From Yuukianura sp. NJ FZ-2021 (lineage: Eukaryota): a stretch of 64,000 nucleotides of DNA. The DNA lies in the NCBI GenBank assembly GCA_046563655.1, contig CM102284.1, positions 7,812,001 through 7,876,000 on the forward strand. The letters are read 5' to 3'. Below, in pieces: positions 62,560-64,000 of this stretch (its first letter is position 1; each line of letters opens with the position of its first letter). The position numbers and the translations under genes are program-made. The notes below the pieces were generated by a model. That model had not been told where the DNA came from. It worked only from the letters and a program-made list of their open reading frames with translations, and did not search any database.

Positions 62560-64000
62560 GCCCAATTTATGCTTTTTTTCCTTTTCCCCTGAGAAAAAGC
62601 TGGGAGACGTTGGCAAGGGAATTTGTTGACCTTCGCCAATTTATACTTTTTCTATCAACTCTCCTTGAACAATTTCCCTGGGATTTCCCGACACAAATTT
62701 TTACGTTTGTCCTGGAGAAAGTATAAATTGGTAAAAGGAAAATGTCTGGACGGTGTTCCAAGATTTTGAAAGCGATCGTTCTGGCGAGAATTGCTAGACG
62801 GTTGAGGCGGAAGAAAAGATGCTGCTCAATTCGGCCACTGTTTTCAAAACGCGAAATTGAAGGCAGCGCTTTTCTACATGACTTAAAAGAAGACCCCGAA
62901 TATCACTTTAAGTACTTCCGGTACGTTTTCATGTAAAATTATATTATAAGTTGATGTTATTATTTATATTATAATTGTCGAAAATGTACAGCATGAATAG
63001 AGAACACTTCGATGAAATCTTCGACGCAGTAAAGACCGATTTGTCTGGACGAAATACCCACTCTCGACCAATCTCTGCTCTTGAAAAGTTGGCGCTGACA
63101 TTGCGGTTAGTTATTTTTTGACTTTTTAAATTAGAAAACAGTGCTTGAAAAAATTTGAAAAAGACATTTTTCTCAAAATTTAGATTTCTCGCTAGTGGGG
63201 ACTCTCAAATCTCTCTGTCCTTCCACTTCCGAATCTCCCCATCTTCGGTCAGCGTGATACTTCGGGAAACTCTAAAATGCATCATTCAGAAATTTCAAAA
63301 TGAATTTCTTCCTGAACCAAACCTAGAAACTTGGGAGACCAATGAGAAGCAATTCCGGAAAAGATGGAACTTCCCCAACGCCATTGGAGCGATTGATGGA
63401 AAGCATGTCAAAATCAAGGCTCCTCCAAAATCCGGCTCAAGATACTTCAATTACAAAGGCTATTTTTCCGTTGTACTTTGGGAGTAGCTGATGCTGAATA
63501 TAAATTCAGCTTCGTAGACATCGGAGTTGCGGGATCAATTTCTGATGGTGGCGTACTTTCTCGGTCTTCCCTTGGAAAAAATTTGGAAAATTTTCCTGCG
63601 TCACAACAAAAAGTTGGCAATATCGAATTGCCATTGGTTCTGCTGGGTGACCAAGCTTTTCCATTGAAAAAAAACTTAATGAAGCCCTACCCTGGAAGTT
63701 TTCTAGACGAAGGAAGAAGAACATTTAATTATCGCTTATCCAGAGCTCGGATGTGTTCTGAAAACGCCTTTGGCATTCTTGCTGCACGCTGGCGGATCCT
63801 CCTCACCACTTTGAACTGTGACCTTGACGTTGCAAAAGAAGCAATTATGGTGATTGTACTCCTGCACAACTTCCTTATGAGCAAAAAGGATCTCAACAGC
63901 ATTACGGTCGATGACCCCTCCAAAGGTCAACAAGGAAATTGGCGCGAAGACCGGCAAATGGAAGCGATTCGCCAGCAGGGGTCAAATAACTCTACAATTG
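62559..64000 (+). mobile_element. PIF/Harbinger DNA transposon (left end; continues beyond the window)
   Basis: The satellite stops abruptly at ...TTTGA|AGCCCAATTTATG; the motif CCAATTTAT recurs directly (~62636) and inverted (ATAAATTGG, ~62723); a Harbinger transposase gene follows. Confidence 0.85.
62742..64000 (+). CDS. Harbinger/HARBI1-like DDE transposase: exons 62742-62920, 62992-63105, 63184->64000; one apparent 1-nt deletion at ~63477-63480
   Basis: GT-AG introns 62921-62991 and 63106-63183 join YFR-M and LTLR-FLASG. Motifs FPNAIGAIDGKHV, YFNYKGYFSVVL, DIG..GSISDGGV, LGDQAFPL..LMKPY, FNYRLSRARMCSENAFGILAARWRIL and LHNF. Confidence 0.9.

Overview
Eukaryotic (arthropod-like) genomic window; about two thirds is one AT-rich ~127-bp tandem satellite in two arrays. 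The left array (1-23308, ending at a 100-N scaffold gap) has short inverted blocks and two near-identical copies of a 5'-truncated CR1/L2-type LINE (3018-4710, 7417-9109) with an internal 21-bp minisatellite. The right array (40893-~62559) is a distinct satellite subfamily with higher-order periodicity and an hAT-like MITE, and ends at a PIF/Harbinger transposon whose intron-containing transposase runs off the window. Between the arrays is a ~17.5-kb island with five tandem, minus-strand, intronless paralogues of a divergent ionotropic receptor (variant iGluR/IR). One is intact (718 aa); four are truncated, frameshifted or transposon-disrupted. They are interspersed with Tc1/mariner-type, hAT-type and long-foldback MITEs and Helentron-type (HINE/DINE-1-like) elements. 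Nearly all satellite-derived ORFs in the track are artefacts. All family assignments come from motif recognition by eye; no database searches were run.
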